Below, piece by piece: positions 61,401 to 64,000 of a DNA stretch of 64,000 nucleotides. A program made the translations under genes and the position numbers. The notes under the pieces were generated by a model, which was given only the letters and a program-made list of their open reading frames with translations, had not been told where the DNA came from and did no database searches. Position 1 is the stretch's first letter, and the number at the start of each line of letters is the position of its first letter. Source of the DNA: Leidyana gryllorum EB-2025a (taxonomy: Eukaryota; Protista; Apicomplexa); NCBI GenBank assembly GCA_048772705.1, contig JBLWGC010000104.1:868001-932000 (forward strand), given 5' to 3'.

Positions 61401-63240
61401 GATTGAGAACACACCTGCCCGCCCAGATATGGACTTACTGACCGACAAAATCGACTCTGGGCCGATGTCGGGCTCTGTAGCGGCTTCCGCAGAGCCCAGC
61501 GGAACAGATCCCGAGAGAGATAGACTAAGGGTACCGAACGCTGCGCCCCCGGTACGGCCGCAGAGACGGCGGCAGCTAACTCCTGCAGTTGAAGAGTTCT
61601 ATTCGCCGAATGGTGGCACGCCACCCATACCACAGCATCGTGATATCGAGCACACCCGGCATTCCCCAGAGCATTTTAGCTTCGCTCAGGATCCCGTCCA
61701 CCAGGCCACTTCTGCAGTGGCAATGGTGCGGTCGCCCGCTCTACTGAGCGGGGTGGACGATCACCATAGCTCAAATTTGGATCTAAATCCAACTTTTGGC
61801 AGAAGCTCTGTGATAATGCAAATCCAACAGCTACGGCTGGCACAGAGGGCCGATGCACGTCGCGAGAGCGAGAACCAGAACGACTACGAGTTCAGCTTGG
61901 AAGCGACGGGGGATTCATGGGCATCTCCCTTTCCTGATGACTATACCGCTCGTTTCCAACGGTCCTACGGCATACGACGGCGACGCCAATCTGGGCAGGT
62001 GGCGGTCTTCACCCCCTCATTCGAACAGCCCATTACACAGACTGGGTATGAGCAGAATGACTACGTCCGAGAGTGGTCGGGAGCAGACGTTCGTTGGCGA
62101 GCTGCAGCTCTACCGTTTGGGGCTCGTCGGCCTGTGCCGAGTTCTGTAGGAGCCGAATTGAGAGACATGAATGCACAAGAGGCTGCATTGTCTGAAACGT
62201 TCAAAATCAAAGAAGATAGATGGGCGTTGGACCCATTTGCGAACGGGATACGGAAGGCTGATTACTACAGAATGATGGGAGCGGCGAACCTGGGCTGCCA
62301 GTTTCGTGTGCTCGAGCGTCTTGGATTATTAACAGCCTCGAATGACGCCAGTGTCACCGAGTGGTATGTACACGCGACCCCCGTAAAAGCAGTCGTTCGT
62401 GACGGAGCTCGCGAAGAACGGTTCCACTGTAGGAGACCGAAAAGTTACACTTGGGGCGTGTTGAAGCGTGAGGCTATATACACTGAGTTCTCCGCCACGG
62501 GGCCAAGCGAGGGAGCCCTCTTTGCCCCGCTGACTCGCTGGTACATGTTTGCCGCTGTAAACCATTTGGCTGTGCACCCTGAGGGCGACTTATTTGCCTG
62601 CGCGGCAGACGCACCCACGATTGGACTTTACAGTCGCAGAATCGGCCATGCGCCCTGCCTAAGGGGCTATAGTAGTCCGTTACTCCTATTCGATGGCCAC
62701 GCGGATTGTTGTTTCGCTGCCGCGTGGCATCCAGACGGATATCTCCTGGCGACAGGCGGAGATGACGAGGCCATCGCCATCTGGGATATACGGTGAGCGA
62801 GAAGAGACTCGGCGAGAATCGGCTTGTTTCCAAATGAGACTTCAGGTTTCCGGCCGGTCCTGTGAAATATATGCCGACATACGCTACCGCTTGTCGATCT
62901 CTGACGTTCACTGGTCAGGGAGATTTATTGATCAGTGGAGAGTCGGAAGACGCGGTTACCATGTAAGCTCACCCGCTCTGGACATTCGCAGTAATGCGTC
63001 GCTGACAGTTATGATGCGACAGAGGACTTCCGGCCTATTCAAACAATCCCTTTCCTCGGTCCTTGTACAGGTGTGGCGTTGGGAGACCAGGATTTAAGCC
63101 TCTTCATCGGTAGGTGGCTGAGGCCTGGTGCAGGCACGTGCACACAACACCTATGAATAGGCGTGTCGGGGAAAAACGGCCATGGCAGCCTGCTGGAGTA
63201 CCGCCGTCGCCTCAACAATATCAGGGATATACTCCAATGA
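58416..63240 (+). CDS. DUF2415 / S. pombe C2A9.03-like WD40 protein with a large internal insertion, ~1,505 aa
   Basis: Introns 58986-59031, 59149-59213, 59522-59567, 62793-62845, 62963-63008 and 63110-63160. Family motifs recognised from memory: DKQG, HFQLKNLV, VNHLAVHPEG, GHADCCFAAAWHPDGYLLATG, QTIPFLGPCTG...SLFIG, GSLLEYRRR. The exact start codon is uncertain. Confidence 0.78.
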
Positions 63241-63710
63241 CACAGGCCGCGTGAGTTTCTCTTTCTCAATTCTCTCTGCCCCAAAAACGTCACTCGCTCA
63301 GTTACAGCCGCAGCGGCTTGGCAGGGCCACAGGGGCAGGTTCCAGGGTGGGCACCCAACCTGGGCGCCAACCTCTCAGCTCAGCAATACGCCCAGCGTCT
63401 TCGCGGCCACCAGCGGCAGGAAACGACCTTTGCTGGCATTCTCCCGAACCTCGTGGTGCTTGTCAGTATATCATTCGTTGCTGTGCTGGTGGGACTGCTC
63501 ATATGGATGCGACGGGTGCAAAGCCAACGGCACCGAGGTCGACGACGACGCAGTCGGTCTCGGCAACGGCCTTTTGACGAAGACCACCCGCGAGAGGTGT
63601 ATCGTCAACCACCTGACGATGCCCCATATGCTATTACCGGGTTCGTATACACCGACCCATCGCAACTTGGAGGAAGCGGAGGTGTTTTTAACGATCCTTT
63701 CCATCGATAG
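63237..63710 (+). CDS. Small single-pass membrane protein with Arg-rich juxtamembrane tail
   Basis: TM segment [23 protein letters not shown] is followed by [18 protein letters not shown]. The only upstream in-frame ATG is at 63237, via an intron starting 63251 (GTGAGT) with in-frame acceptors at 63301/63307/63313. Confidence 0.55.
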
Positions 63711-64000
63711 TGGCGATTGATACCATCAACGACGGATCTGTTGGATACCAACGTTGACAGAGAGTCAAAAGTCTCTTTATCATCTGAACAGTAGAACAGG
63801 ATTTCAGAGGCAAAAAGGAAATGAAATGGGCTCACCTGAATATATTTACGAGTGGTCTCGTCATTCAGGATATGAGCGATCTCGGACGAGAAGATTTTTG
63901 ATCGTCCCACTCTCTCGTGAATTCCAACCATAGTGACTCCCATGGGCCAGGCTGCATTACCGATAGCCAACTCAATGTATTTGTCGTGAGCTTTCAGATA
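63688..64000 (-). CDS. PRP18: Pre-mRNA splicing factor Prp18, 3' part
   Basis: Hallmark [23 protein letters not shown]...[14 protein letters not shown], then intron 63784-63835, then [18 protein letters not shown] and stop at 63688. Confidence 0.93.

Overview
This is eukaryotic nuclear DNA from a very compact, intron-containing protist genome. Most GT-AG introns are 35-65 nt. An alveolate or apicomplexan/gregarine-like origin is my inference only. Most apparent frameshifts between ORFs resolve as short spliceosomal introns, which I placed by hand with frame checks. Genes in order: (1) a giant, 5'-truncated TRRAP/Tra1-like PIKK pseudokinase (>6,250 aa); (2) a small coiled-coil gene; (3) a hypothetical gene; (4) a WDR6/Trm734-like gene; (5) a gene built from three exon-shuffled PTGHP modules; (6) a multi-TM gene that may be a divergent NDC1; (7) an ABCG half-transporter with a huge first loop; (8) a ~10 kb co-oriented cluster of six signal-peptide genes from two unrecognised paralogue families; (9) a ~4,345-aa C2-domain plus disordered protein; (10) a DUF2415/C2A9.03-type WD40 gene with a large insertion; (11) a small single-TM gene; (12) the 3' end of PRP18. 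Two things stand out. The first is the secreted-protein cluster, which sits head-to-head with the ABCG. The second is extreme gene packing: 15-62 nt gaps, two convergent CDS overlaps and an ATGA stop/start overlap. I saw no rRNA, tRNA, CRISPR or mobile element.
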